Source: a virus
Lineage: Duplodnaviria > Caudoviricetes
Length of the DNA: 64,000 bases
IMG/VR virus record: IMGVR_UViG_2595698431_000001
Coordinates: 5,392 to 69,391 of that record
Reading direction: 5' to 3' (one strand)
Shown here: in pieces, positions 54,935 through 64,000 of the stretch
How positions within the stretch are numbered: position 1 is the stretch's first letter
How the letters are laid out: each line of letters begins with the position of its first letter
The notes under the pieces: generated by a model
The model's input: the letters and a program-made list of their open reading frames with translations, nothing else
The model's database searches: none
Told to the model about the DNA's origin: nothing
Program-made: the position numbers and the translations under genes

Positions 54935-56344
54935 ATGGCGAACAAAGAATCTGAACAGAATGGCCTTGAAGCCATTTCCGGCGATATCGAAAAGCTGTCG
55001 TCCAATGTCGATCTTTTCAGCAAGGCAATGGACGACAAATACAAGGAACTGACCGCCCGTTTCGACGGTCAGAAATCCGATAGCGAAGAAATTCGCAAGG
55101 CCGCTGAACAGGCAACCAAGGAATACGCCGAACTGTCGGCGAAACATCAGTTCTTCACCGAAGAACTCGTTGCCATGAAGGCACGCCTTGACTCGCCAAT
55201 CATGCGCAGTCAGGCCGATCTTGACGACCACGACCGCAAGACCGCAATCCAGCTTCAGCGCAACATGCACGAGTTTCGGGGCGGTGATCCGAAAGAATTC
55301 GTCGCCGACGAAAGCAATCTGGTCGACCTGAAGGCGTACCGTTCCGCCGTTCGCAAGATGCTGAAGGTCGGTATCGAGTCGAAGGAACGCGTCATTTCGT
55401 CCATGACCGACGTCGAGCGCAAGGCTTTCGAAGCTTCGACCATCGGACCGGCTTTCTTTACGCCGCAAGTTCTGGCGCTGGAAGTTGATTGCAACATCGA
55501 ATGCGCTTCGCTTCTTGACCTTTACGGTCAGATCGAAGTTTCGCGGTCGACCTTCACGTACATGAAAATCGCCGACTATGGTCAGCTTGGCGAATACACC
55601 TGCGACGCCAAGTGCGACGCCGAGTTCGGTGAACCCGGCAACATTCGCCACCTTGAAGGCAAGACTTACGATTATCGCGGCGTGTTCTGCTTCAATCGCA
55701 AGAACCTTCAGGAAGCGAACTATGACTTCCTGTCGTTCATGATCGGTGCTGCACAGCGTTCGCATCGCATCAATCGCAATCGCGCTCTCATGGTCGGCGA
55801 CGGCATCAACGAGCCGAAGGGCTGGCTGAAAGAGGATTGTTTCCCCACATTCCTGACGCTGCCCGTCAACACCGGTACGCCTGAAAACCCTGTTCAGACC
55901 CCGGCGTTTCTTGCGCAGGACTGGCGGCGATTCGTTACGTCGTTCCCTGCTGAATACGGCGACGCGCGTTCGGTCATGCACCAGAACGTTTTCGGCTATC
56001 TCGCGGCCATGGTCGACGCAAACGGTCGGTTCCTGTTCGGCGACGGCGATCTTACGTTCTCCCCCGATCTGGTGCGCGAACGCATCCGCATTTCGAACTG
56101 CCTTCCCGATCCGACGGAAGGAAACACGAAGGGCGGCACCGGTCAGGACGCGTTCGCAGCCGGTTCCTTCATCGCAGCACAGGCCGCGTGGAAGACCGCT
56201 TACTACGCTGTTGAAAAGCGCCCGATGTTCTTCGAACAGTACGAAGGCGGTTCTTCGGCATGGTGCGTCAAGTACCAGTTCGGCGCGGAAGACGGCGGTT
56301 TCGTCGGCTGCTGTGAACATGGCCGCGTTCTGCGCATCGGCTAA
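54935..56344 (+). CDS. Major capsid protein (HK97 fold with delta domain)
   Basis: Coiled-coil N-terminus; GDGINEPKGWL; MH......L..M.DANGRFL. Confidence 0.9.
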   Translation: MANKESEQNGLEAISGDIEKLSSNVDLFSKAMDDKYKELTARFDGQKSDSEEIRKAAEQATKEYAELSAKHQFFTEELVAMKARLDSPIMRSQADLDDHDRKTAIQLQRNMHEFRGGDPKEFVADESNLVDLKAYRSAVRKMLKVGIESKERVISSMTDVERKAFEASTIGPAFFTPQVLALEVDCNIECASLLDLYGQIEVSRSTFTYMKIADYGQLGEYTCDAKCDAEFGEPGNIRHLEGKTYDYRGVFCFNRKNLQEANYDFLSFMIGAAQRSHRINRNRALMVGDGINEPKGWLKEDCFPTFLTLPVNTGTPENPVQTPAFLAQDWRRFVTSFPAEYGDARSVMHQNVFGYLAAMVDANGRFLFGDGDLTFSPDLVRERIRISNCLPDPTEGNTKGGTGQDAFAAGSFIAAQAAWKTAYYAVEKRPMFFEQYEGGSSAWCVKYQFGAEDGGFVGCCEHGRVLRIG

Positions 56345-56358
56345 TCGGGAAACGGAAA

Positions 56359-56384
56359 TGACGGGGTTTTAAACAGCCCCGTCA
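56359..56384 (+). terminator. Hairpin after the capsid gene
   Basis: TGACGGGG...CCCCGTCA. Confidence 0.55.
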
Positions 56385-56410
56385 ATCCATAACATAACGA
56401 GGGTTTCAAA

Positions 56411-56818
56411 ATGAATTTCAACGTTGGTGTTGACTTTCCGTCTTTCATCGCATGGGACGGCACCACGTCGTTTCCCGTAAAGATCGACGGTTTCAATCAG
56501 TTCGGCTTCACATTCAAGGTGATTGAAGAACTCACGGCGGATGTTCCGTTCAATATCTTCTATCACGAAGCGTCCGAAGCTGACCCGTGCGTTCCCGGTC
56601 CCGCTATCCGCGTTCCTGACGTTCCGTTCTGCGACGGCGTCGCCACGGCTGACGGTCTTGCGACCGTTGTCATTCCTGAAGCGGTCGCCGTGGATTCGTT
56701 CTGCGCTGGCTCGGTTCCGTGTTTCAATGGCCCGTGGATTTCCATTGCCCCGGTAACCGTCAATGCCGACTCGGCAAAGGTTCAGGTTACCGTGACGATG
56801 AAGGGCGCGACGCGATAA
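56411..56818 (+). CDS. Minor capsid/decoration protein
   Basis: Follows MCP; beta-rich with 4 Cys. Confidence 0.65.
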   Translation: MNFNVGVDFPSFIAWDGTTSFPVKIDGFNQFGFTFKVIEELTADVPFNIFYHEASEADPCVPGPAIRVPDVPFCDGVATADGLATVVIPEAVAVDSFCAGSVPCFNGPWISIAPVTVNADSAKVQVTVTMKGATR

Positions 56819-56822
56819 GCCT

Positions 56823-57233
56823 ATGCGAAAAGTGGTGCAGCAATCTAAGACCGCGCGGCCCGGTGATGTGGTCCGCGCGGTCGTTAAGTTAAAGGGTGGT
56901 GCGAAATCTGCCCGCGTGTTCATTTATTCCCGGTATAACGGTATCGGGGATTTTTCGCCTCATGTTGACGACGCCGTTATGGGTGTGTTGAATGACGGTA
57001 AACCCGTATTGGCGAAACCCTTTAGCGTTCGTCTTGAACAAGGTATCAAAACGAAGGCGAATTTTTCGTTAAGTGCGTCGGAATCGATTGAAGTTCAGAT
57101 TATCGAAGAACTCGATTTCGGCCAAACCACCAACACAAGGGCAAGGATTGTCATTCATGGAAAAGCTTCACAAACGTTCCGACGGATATTCAGAAACTTC
57201 TTCCGGCGAATTCGCCGTTTTCCCGCTGCGTAA
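56823..57233 (+). CDS. Hypothetical head-module protein
   Basis: ORF in the late operon. Confidence 0.55.
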   Translation: MRKVVQQSKTARPGDVVRAVVKLKGGAKSARVFIYSRYNGIGDFSPHVDDAVMGVLNDGKPVLAKPFSVRLEQGIKTKANFSLSASESIEVQIIEELDFGQTTNTRARIVIHGKASQTFRRIFRNFFRRIRRFPAA

Positions 57234-57705
57234 AAGCGCGGTAGCACCGACGCCCGACGGTCTCATGAATATCTTCGAGTTCCGCGCGTCGGTAAGCAGC
57301 GATCCTATCCGTTGTGAATGGCCCGCCGAAAACCCAATTGCGCTTTTCCCCTCCGACGTGTCGATTACGCTGATTCGTCTCGGCTACGCCCGCAACCTCT
57401 CAAACGAGGAAGTCGGACAGTACAACGATTCCGTCGACTTCGTTAACGGCAACCCGGAACCCGTCGTTCCTGTCGTCACCCCGGCTGTTACCGAACCGCC
57501 GAAGTCTGAAGAACCGCCGAAGTCTGAAGAACCGCCGAAGTCTGAAGAACCGCCGAAGTCTGAAGAACCGCCGAAGTCTGACGGTGATACTCCCGCCGAC
57601 GAAAAGCCCGCCGACGTTCAGGCCGAAGAAAAACCGGGTGATACTGAAGCCAAAAAAGCAGGACGCCCGAAAAAGCCTGTGGCAATTCCCGGCCTGACGA
57701 ACTAA
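57157..57705 (+). CDS. Hypothetical protein with EEPPKS repeats (start uncertain)
   Basis: Low-complexity C-terminus ending in KKAGRPKK. Confidence 0.6.
   Translation: MEKLHKRSDGYSETSSGEFAVFPLRKSAVAPTPDGLMNIFEFRASVSSDPIRCEWPAENPIALFPSDVSITLIRLGYARNLSNEEVGQYNDSVDFVNGNPEPVVPVVTPAVTEPPKSEEPPKSEEPPKSEEPPKSEEPPKSDGDTPADEKPADVQAEEKPGDTEAKKAGRPKKPVAIPGLTN
57493..57581 (+). repeat. 18-bp tandem repeat, about 5 copies (GAACCGCCGAAGTCTGAA)
   Basis: Read directly; encodes EPPKSE. Confidence 0.95.
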
Positions 57706-57741
57706 TATCCGGGCGTTGCAACATCAAAAGGAGTGTTTGAT

Positions 57742-57828
57742 ATGATCAAGCTCAATTGTCGCCCCCTGTGCCAGACGCCCACGGCTTCCCGGCTCGTTTC
57801 GCCGCCGTGCTTCATCTGCCGTCGTTAA
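57742..57828 (+). CDS. 28-aa Cys-rich capsid linking-protein-like peptide (not in ORF track)
   Basis: AAGGAG RBS; MIKLNCRPLCQTPTASRLVSPPCFICRR matches the N-terminus of 59745-60407. Confidence 0.75.
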   Translation: MIKLNCRPLCQTPTASRLVSPPCFICRR

Positions 57829-57846
57829 TCGGGGCAATTTCGATAT

Positions 57847-57872
57847 AACGGGCGGTTAAAACCGCCCGTTTT
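57847..57872 (+). terminator. Intrinsic terminator
   Basis: AACGGGCGGTT-AA-AACCGCCCGTT followed by TT. Confidence 0.7.
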
Positions 57873-57891
57873 CACAACAAGGTGAGGCACA

Positions 57892-58584
57892 ATGTATTTC
57901 TTTTCTGTTGATCCACGTAACGGTGCAAGTTCGGTTGACGCCTGTGGTAAGTGTTGCTGTGAGAGTATCAGCGCGCGCCCCGGAGAAGTTAACGGCGTCA
58001 TGGTTTCTTACGTTGCATGGTCGGCACCGCTCGGCGGTCATGGCCTCACGAACAAAACAACTTTCGAATTTGAAAACGTATCGGTCACCGAACCGCTCGT
58101 TAACAGCGCTTTCGAAAGAACGCCGTTCAACACCACCCTCGCCGGTAGCCTTGCTGCACTGTTCCCTAACCCGGAAGGTGAAGCGGTCGAATACGAAATC
58201 CTTGAGCTTTACCCGCCTGTGAACGGCATCGTCGAGCTTGGCGAAAACGGCGCATTCACCTATAGGCCCGCAACATCGTTCACGGGTATTGATAGGTTCT
58301 GGTTTTCCATAAACGGCAATGTCGGTGAATTCGTCATTGCCGTCGATCCTGCGCAGGGACCGCAAATCGCGCAACCTCCGTTTACACCTGCCGTTTACGT
58401 TCCGCTGTCACGTCGCGAAGTGAACAAGCAGACACAGGCTTTGCGTTTCGTTCTCGGCGTATCACCGGCAGCAAAACCGGCTGATATCTATCGTTTGAAT
58501 ATTCGTCAGGCCGCGATTGACTGCGAAGGAAACGAATATTTTCATATTTCCTGCTATGACATTTCGATTGGTTCTTGCGGATGA
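57892..58584 (+). CDS. Collar/neck protein with Ig-like domain, Cys-rich
   Basis: CGKCCC; G.V....NGAFTY.P...F.G.D.F Ig-like motif. Confidence 0.65.
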   Translation: MYFFSVDPRNGASSVDACGKCCCESISARPGEVNGVMVSYVAWSAPLGGHGLTNKTTFEFENVSVTEPLVNSAFERTPFNTTLAGSLAALFPNPEGEAVEYEILELYPPVNGIVELGENGAFTYRPATSFTGIDRFWFSINGNVGEFVIAVDPAQGPQIAQPPFTPAVYVPLSRREVNKQTQALRFVLGVSPAAKPADIYRLNIRQAAIDCEGNEYFHISCYDISIGSCG

Positions 58585-59189
58585 ATTACGAAACACTTTT
58601 GCCGCTTCAGACGATTCGGGAACACGCGAAGTGTGATGACAACCCGCGCGTAACCGATACCCTCCTGTCGCTTTATCGCGAAGCGGCGTTTGAGGCGGCG
58701 GAATTGTATACGGGTATGTCGTTTACCCCGCAAAAGACCATTGTCGAGCCTGTTCGGATAAAGAATCGGAAAGGCAAGATTGTTCTTTCACAGGTCCCTA
58801 TTGCCGGTCGCCCCGTGGTTTTCACGGGCGGCGGTCTCGGTTCACCGCTGGAACTTATCCCATTCCCGAACTCGAATGTTCTGCACTTCCCGAACGGAAG
58901 CCCTGACCGTTTTCAAACGTGGGGTGATTGTCACACCTGTGGTGTTCCATCGCAGTTGATGGCTACCTATGTCGCCGGTAGGCGTTGCGAATCGAGCGTA
59001 CCGGCTGGAATCATCATGGGTGTTCTGAAGCTCATTGCATGGAACATCAACAATCCCGGTGACGAGATCATGAGCGTTCGAAATACATCGACCGCAAACG
59101 CTCAAGGACTTATCGGCGGCACCAACAACGGCGCTGTGGTATCGGGTGCGCAAGACGAGTGGTTCCGTTATAGGCGGGTGATACTTTGA
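58581..59189 (+). CDS. Head-tail adaptor (gp6-like)
   Basis: L..IREH...D...D.LL..Y..AA.EAAE.YTG; VPAGI..GVL.LI. Confidence 0.8.
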   Translation: MNYETLLPLQTIREHAKCDDNPRVTDTLLSLYREAAFEAAELYTGMSFTPQKTIVEPVRIKNRKGKIVLSQVPIAGRPVVFTGGGLGSPLELIPFPNSNVLHFPNGSPDRFQTWGDCHTCGVPSQLMATYVAGRRCESSVPAGIIMGVLKLIAWNINNPGDEIMSVRNTSTANAQGLIGGTNNGAVVSGAQDEWFRYRRVIL

Positions 59190-59314
59190 AAACTATCTAT
59201 GAGTTTTTCACACAACATGAGTGCACCGATTTTGAAAAGTGCAAACTTGTCGAAAAACTTGCTGAAATCCGTTATGTCAAAACTTTGGAAATGCTGAAAC
59301 GGATTTTAAGATGA
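59186..59314 (+). CDS. Small hypothetical protein (42 aa, TTG start; not in ORF track)
   Basis: Overlaps both neighbours (TTGA and ATGA). Confidence 0.45.
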   Translation: MKTIYEFFTQHECTDFEKCKLVEKLAEIRYVKTLEMLKRILR

Positions 59315-59733
59315 AAATAAAGGATCGCAAACACCGGGTTATCGTCTGTTCCCAAAAGAGCGACGTGGACGACAACGGTCAGCTTCTAATCAGCCGCACC
59401 GGTTCGATAAACGGATGGGCAGCTATCGAACCGGTGAAGGCTATTCGTTTTTCAAAAGACGGCGTGTCGATGCAAAAAGACACGTTTCAACCCACGCATG
59501 ACATAACAATGAACTACAATCCTGACGTAAACATATCCGTTTCGGCATGGGTGTATGAACACAGGTTGAAATCGCCGCCGCGATGGTTCAAGGTGATTTC
59601 CGTTATCAATGTCGACGAATGTTCGCAGTTCATGCGCCTTCGTTCTCGGCTCGTAGAATCCAATGACGAGGTTGAAAAACCCGTAAGCGAAGAAAATTCA
59701 TTTGGTGCGGTAAAGATCGATATTCCCCTTTAG
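59311..59733 (+). CDS. Head closure/stopper protein (SPP1 gp16-like)
   Basis: HRV.V...D..G......WA.I.P...TH.IT. Confidence 0.75.
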   Translation: MKIKDRKHRVIVCSQKSDVDDNGQLLISRTGSINGWAAIEPVKAIRFSKDGVSMQKDTFQPTHDITMNYNPDVNISVSAWVYEHRLKSPPRWFKVISVINVDECSQFMRLRSRLVESNDEVEKPVSEENSFGAVKIDIPL

Positions 59734-59744
59734 GAGTGAAGAAA

Positions 59745-60407
59745 ATGGTTTCTCTTGATTGCCGCAACACCTGTGCACCTGCACCCGCTTCGCGCCTTGT
59801 TCAGCCGCCCTGTTTCGTCTGCCGTGACGTGTTTCCGTTGCCAGTCGCTCCGAATCCTCCCGGTCCCGTGTCTGCGATAATCGGCACAACGCCGTCGACC
59901 TTCAGCCTGAAACCAGACGGCACTTTCATCACCGGCACCGGAATATCGTCGTCGGGTTCTGCCGTAGCTACGGACGGCAGTCTTGAACTTTTCCTTGCTC
60001 CGCTTGTTGCTCATGTGACAGGAAGCGAAATGTCGCCGCCTTATGCGGTTGAACTTCAGGAAGGGCAAGAACTCGCTATCGTGTTCGGCGCAACCCTGAA
60101 ATCGGGGTTCGGCGTCAGGATAACCGATTACTATGACGTGGTTTTCAATATTGTTTCTTCCGAAGGAACGAAACAGCTTAAGCTTGTTCCGGGTAACACC
60201 CCTAGTGGCTATATCTGGACTGACGGAGAAGGTTACAACATCGTCGACAGCAACGGCGATTTTCATTCCGTTCAAAACGTGACAAGACCTAGTTTTTTGG
60301 GTATCACTGATACCGGAGTTCTCTGGCAACTTGTCGGTTATTTGAAAGGCACCACGCAGGCGGAACTTGCGATTGCGATAGAAGTCACGGTTACACATGC
60401 AAATTAA
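59745..60407 (+). CDS. Capsid linking/decoration protein
   Basis: N-terminal CxxxC...SRLV.PPCFVCR; AGGAG RBS. Confidence 0.6.
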   Translation: MVSLDCRNTCAPAPASRLVQPPCFVCRDVFPLPVAPNPPGPVSAIIGTTPSTFSLKPDGTFITGTGISSSGSAVATDGSLELFLAPLVAHVTGSEMSPPYAVELQEGQELAIVFGATLKSGFGVRITDYYDVVFNIVSSEGTKQLKLVPGNTPSGYIWTDGEGYNIVDSNGDFHSVQNVTRPSFLGITDTGVLWQLVGYLKGTTQAELAIAIEVTVTHAN

Positions 60408-60813
60408 TTTCAAACCATGGGGTCGGTTTTCGGCCTTCAAGGATCAACGGCAGATTCGGCGGTTTCTTTCTGATTCCGCCGATATCGTTTTGAAGCGTCT
60501 TAAGGACGGCCTCCGAAATCCTCCTAAAAGCGGTCGTTTATATTTCGGAAAATCCAAGCGGACAATTCGAGCTTCCGTTAATCGCGCTCTTGCTGAATAC
60601 CCTGCCCGTGATACAGGTGATTTGTTCAGGAGCGCGAAGAAGCGTGTCGGTCGTGACGAAATGGAAGTCGGGACGAACATGTTCTATTCGCGGTTCCTGC
60701 GCGAAGGAACAAGCAAGATGGCACGGCGAAAAATGTCCGACACGGCGCTTGAAGAAAGCTTGCCGAAACTGGACGGAAAAATAGGGAGGTTCGCCTATTG
60801 GAAACGAAACTGA
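60397..60813 (+). CDS. Tail completion protein (HK97 gp10-like)
   Basis: EYPARDTGDL..S...VGT...Y..FL.EGT.KMA.R. Confidence 0.75.
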   Translation: MQINFKPWGRFSAFKDQRQIRRFLSDSADIVLKRLKDGLRNPPKSGRLYFGKSKRTIRASVNRALAEYPARDTGDLFRSAKKRVGRDEMEVGTNMFYSRFLREGTSKMARRKMSDTALEESLPKLDGKIGRFAYWKRN

Positions 60814-61337
60814 AACTTACTTATTCAAACCGTCTGACCCTTCCAGAGATCGCGAAGCATATCGTTTCCCCGACTTTCCATGAGCTTGAAGGGCGGGCTA
60901 TCCCCGTCACAGGTGTGGAAGACGACAAGGAAGGTCAAAGTGCGATAACAAAGCCTTTCGCCCTTGTTGGCCTGCGGATTGGTGACACTTCCGGCCCCGC
61001 TGAAATCGGAGAGAATTCCCGAATCAACTTGCGCGACGATTTCATTATTGAATTCAATTTCAATAAAGACCGCTATAAAAAAGGCGGTGCGGAAACGTCA
61101 CTTTTCAGCTATTACGATTACGAATCAATTCGAGATCGACTGTTCAATGCAATGGTTGCTTTCGCCGGGGAATATGGGATAACTTTTGAATTCGTAAGTT
61201 TGGATATTTCCACCGAAGGCGACACTGTTTATATTGAATTTCGGTTCCGACAAAATTTCGATTGGTGCGAAGCAGATCGGGAAAGCGATACGGTGATAAA
61301 AGCGGGAAGCTTTTCACTTAACTTAAAGGGTTGCTGA
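60798..61337 (+). CDS. Tail terminator protein
   Basis: Position before the sheath; TTG start after GGAGG. Confidence 0.6.
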   Translation: METKLKLTYSNRLTLPEIAKHIVSPTFHELEGRAIPVTGVEDDKEGQSAITKPFALVGLRIGDTSGPAEIGENSRINLRDDFIIEFNFNKDRYKKGGAETSLFSYYDYESIRDRLFNAMVAFAGEYGITFEFVSLDISTEGDTVYIEFRFRQNFDWCEADRESDTVIKAGSFSLNLKGC

Positions 61338-61340
61338 AGC

Positions 61341-61547
61341 ATGGCAAAGCTAATTTCCGTTACCGGTGTCGAAGGGCGAATTGCGTATTCCGCTCCGGTG
61401 GGTGGTTCCATTATCCCTGTCGGCAAGTCTGTTGATTTGCCCGATAGCAAATGGCTTCAATCACGTCTTTCCGTCGGCGACATTGCCATTGGAAAACCCG
61501 CCAAGGCTCCCCGGAAGCCTGCCGATCAAACCGAACTGAAGGACTAA
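61341..61547 (+). CDS. Small tail protein (Mu gp38/DUF2635-like)
   Basis: G..IP.G..V.....W..R...GD motif directly before the sheath. Confidence 0.6.
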   Translation: MAKLISVTGVEGRIAYSAPVGGSIIPVGKSVDLPDSKWLQSRLSVGDIAIGKPAKAPRKPADQTELKD

Positions 61548-61553
61548 ACCACA

Positions 61554-63065
61554 ATGGCACAGGATGCACTTTCCGACGGCTTCGTTCGTCTTTGCATTGA
61601 CCCGTCGCTGAACTTTTTCGGTGAAGGCTGCAAAATTCTCGTCGAAGGCCAGATTACCGATGACGCGACCGCCGCCGAAAACGTCGTCACCTGCGTAAAC
61701 TCCGAACTCGACCTTGTCGAACGTTTTGGTCAAGGCTCCGTTCTGACGGAATCTCTCCGCAAGGTTTTCTGCATGTGCAAGTCCGGTGTGAGCGTTTACG
61801 CGCTTCCCCGTGCTGACGCTGCGGCGGCTGTTTCGGCAGTTTACACCCTGACGGTGACCGGCACGGCGCTGACCGACGGGCGTGTTCAGCTTTACATGGG
61901 TGAAGCTGAATATTCGCTTGATATCGGTGTCGACGAAGGTGACACACCGACGCAGATTGCTGCAAAGATCGTCGCCGCAATAAGCCCCGATTTCCCCTAC
62001 GAAGCGACCGCTGCGGCTGGTGTCATCACCCTGACGGCACGGAACGGCGGCACAATCGGCAATCATCTTTCGGTCATTTATACAAATCTAGGTTCCTGCA
62101 CGAGCGTCACTCCCGAAGGCGTGACGGTTGCATTTGCGCAGACGACCCCCGGTTCCGTCAATCCCGAACCGAATGATTATGCCAGCGTGGTTAACGAATG
62201 CTGCTTCGCTGTATACGTCCTTTCTTCGGATGATACGGACTGGCAGGAAAATCTTCGTGACTGGATTCGTTCGGCATGGGATTGCTCGAAACCGCAATGC
62301 TTCGGCCACGGTTACGTGTTCAATAAAGGCACGCTCGGTCAGGTTCTTGCCGACGGCGACAATTCGGCCGAATTGAGCCGCCTTGCACTGCCGACGACCT
62401 ATCCAGTTCTGCCGTACCTGACGAATGCTGCATACGGCGCGTTGTCCGCGTGTTCCACCTGTGAAAATCCCGAACTGAACGTTCAGGGTCAGACCTATGG
62501 CCTTCTTTCGTGCATCAACATGCCGGAAAGTTGCACGCCGGGATGGGAATTCACGGAAGTCACGCAGCTTCAGAACAACGGCTTTGTTGTTTCCGGTCCT
62601 GCGACAACGAGCGGTCAGGGTAACTTTACGTCGCCCTACATTTACAATGACGTCACGAACTATCTTCGCGACGAAAAGAACCGCCCGAACGCGACGTTCC
62701 GCGATGCTTCGAGCCGTCGTCTTGCCGCCGCTACCGGCGTCGCCTTGGCAACGTTCCTTCAGCAATTCAACGGCCTTGCCGTGTTCACGAAGAACACCAA
62801 CATCAAAACCGGCATCATCGGAACGAACTTGCGTTTGATGCTCGGCAAGATTCGCAAATGGGCAAGCGACAACGTCGGCGTGCTGTTCTCCGAATTCGAC
62901 AACATCAACGAAGATATTCAGTTGGTCAGCGATTTCGACGTTCAGCCGAAGTGTGTCGGTCAGCCGGGTGTTTTCCATTTGAACATGCGTTATCGCCCGC
63001 CTGTGCGCGGCGCGCGCATCAACGTCAACTTGGTTCCGGCCTTGTTTGATAACTGCGACCGCTAA
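61554..63065 (+). CDS. Tail sheath protein (Mu gpL-like)
   Basis: FGQGSVL, V..GDT...IA..I..AI, VITLTARNGG..GN; 503 aa. Confidence 0.9.
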   Translation: MAQDALSDGFVRLCIDPSLNFFGEGCKILVEGQITDDATAAENVVTCVNSELDLVERFGQGSVLTESLRKVFCMCKSGVSVYALPRADAAAAVSAVYTLTVTGTALTDGRVQLYMGEAEYSLDIGVDEGDTPTQIAAKIVAAISPDFPYEATAAAGVITLTARNGGTIGNHLSVIYTNLGSCTSVTPEGVTVAFAQTTPGSVNPEPNDYASVVNECCFAVYVLSSDDTDWQENLRDWIRSAWDCSKPQCFGHGYVFNKGTLGQVLADGDNSAELSRLALPTTYPVLPYLTNAAYGALSACSTCENPELNVQGQTYGLLSCINMPESCTPGWEFTEVTQLQNNGFVVSGPATTSGQGNFTSPYIYNDVTNYLRDEKNRPNATFRDASSRRLAAATGVALATFLQQFNGLAVFTKNTNIKTGIIGTNLRLMLGKIRKWASDNVGVLFSEFDNINEDIQLVSDFDVQPKCVGQPGVFHLNMRYRPPVRGARINVNLVPALFDNCDR

Positions 63066-63080
63066 GAAGGGGTTTCGAAC

Positions 63081-63491
63081 ATGGCGTGCAATAAACAAAA
63101 CGGTGTGAAGAACATCCTTATCACGTTCACGCACTGTGATACGGGTGAGGTAATCGGGCCGATTTCACACGAACAGCCTGACGACACGTTGCCCACGTAT
63201 AAAACTTGTGCGTGGACGAACACGGCGCTGACAAACGGCGCTGTGATGCGGTCGGCAAGCAACGCCACCATGACGTTGCCGGTGGTTCGCGATCCGCGTG
63301 TTCCGCTTGCGTGGTATCAGGGTTGTGCACAGATCGACGCACAGGTTGAAAAGTTCGATGGAACTGTTATGACCTTGACCGAAGGTGCAGTTACGGAGCC
63401 TGAAGAATCTGACGGTCGCGCGGTAACCATGACTATCATCGCTGCCGAGATCGACGAGCTTCTTCCCCCCGGCTCCCTTGCTGCGGCATAA
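63081..63491 (+). CDS. Tail tube protein
   Basis: 136 aa directly after the sheath. Confidence 0.8.
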   Translation: MACNKQNGVKNILITFTHCDTGEVIGPISHEQPDDTLPTYKTCAWTNTALTNGAVMRSASNATMTLPVVRDPRVPLAWYQGCAQIDAQVEKFDGTVMTLTEGAVTEPEESDGRAVTMTIIAAEIDELLPPGSLAAA

Positions 63492-63530
63492 AATTCGTTC
63501 CTGACTCTCCGCATCTTCAGGAATGGAACG

Positions 63531-63575
63531 CCGCCCGCCTGTCATCGCACCACGACAGGCGGGCGGATTTGTTTT
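63531..63575 (+). terminator. Intrinsic terminator
   Basis: CCGCCCGCCTGTC...GACAGGCGGGCGG followed by ATTTGTTTT. Confidence 0.75.
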
Positions 63576-63601
63576 CAACAAGTGGTGCAATGGTGGTGCT
63601 T

Positions 63602-64000
63602 ATGATTGAGATTGATGCAAAGGGCGAAAACGGATTCGCTCGGTTTACGGTTGAACCTATCAACTATGTCAAGCTTGTTCGGCTTGGTGCTTCCATCACA
63701 ACGACAAATCCCCGTGATGTTTCGAAGCTCTTGCAGCGTCAGCGAATTTTCACGCAGGTAACGGCCTACTCCGACAAAGGCAAATGCCCGTTCACCGAAG
63801 TCGAGCTTTCGTCGCTCTCTCCCGCGCTCGGCAAGAAGATTTCCCGCGCTGTGGACGAAGTCCTTGACCAAAAGGATGAATGCGAAATCATCAGTTCCGA
63901 CACCGCCGATGGTGTCTCGGAACCCATCCTTGTGAAACTTGGTTCTCCGCTGACCATGGGAACCGAGACAATCACGGAGCTTGAATTTCACGCGAAGACC
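63602..64000 (+). CDS. Tail assembly chaperone, 3'-truncated (not in ORF track)
   Basis: Frame open to the window end (MIEIDAKGENG...VKLGSPL..GTETITELEF); follows the tube gene. Confidence 0.65.
   Translation, partial: MIEIDAKGENGFARFTVEPINYVKLVRLGASITTTNPRDVSKLLQRQRIFTQVTAYSDKGKCPFTEVELSSLSPALGKKISRAVDEVLDQKDECEIISSDTADGVSEPILVKLGSPLTMGTETITELEFHAKT

Noticed and set aside
54725-56320. 531-aa minus-strand ORF (similarly 62088-63134, 979-1950, 2948-3829)
   Set aside because: Antisense shadows of capsid, sheath and baseplate genes caused by codon bias; no recognisable motifs
57493-57581. Possible CRISPR array
   Set aside because: Contiguous in-frame tandem repeat with no spacers
63602-64000. 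Programmed frameshift in the tail assembly chaperone
   Set aside because: The gene runs off the window end, so no slippery site can be evaluated

Overview
This window holds most of a lytic myovirus (contractile-tail phage) genome with an alphaproteobacterial, probably Rhizobiaceae, host. Gene order and the Cys-rich virion proteins resemble my recollection of Agrobacterium flagellotropic phages Milano and 7-7-1 (not database-verified). Layout: baseplate, tail fibre and lysis genes (1-5.2 kb, +); a minus-strand block with GcrA-like, GapR-like, family-B DNA polymerase, SSB-like and PD-(D/E)XK nuclease genes (5.1-12 kb); helicase, VRR-NUC, primase-helicase and ParB (12-18.4 kb); about 25 kb of small early/accessory ORFs driven by repeated promoter-operator modules, including a candidate sRNA (32.3 kb) and an AT-rich, GANTC-repeat origin-like region (36.2-36.6 kb); small terminase; a 7-kb modular fibre cassette (44.2-51.3 kb); then large terminase, portal, protease, capsid, neck, sheath and tube. 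No integrase, tRNA or CRISPR array was seen. The most novel-looking system is the fibre cassette: two anchor-like proteins, two paralogous small subunits, two beta-propeller-like proteins and two scaffolds with ~21-aa repeats (13 and 5 copies), suggesting repeat-templated, length-controlled virion filaments. All family assignments are by eye from motifs; no searches were run.
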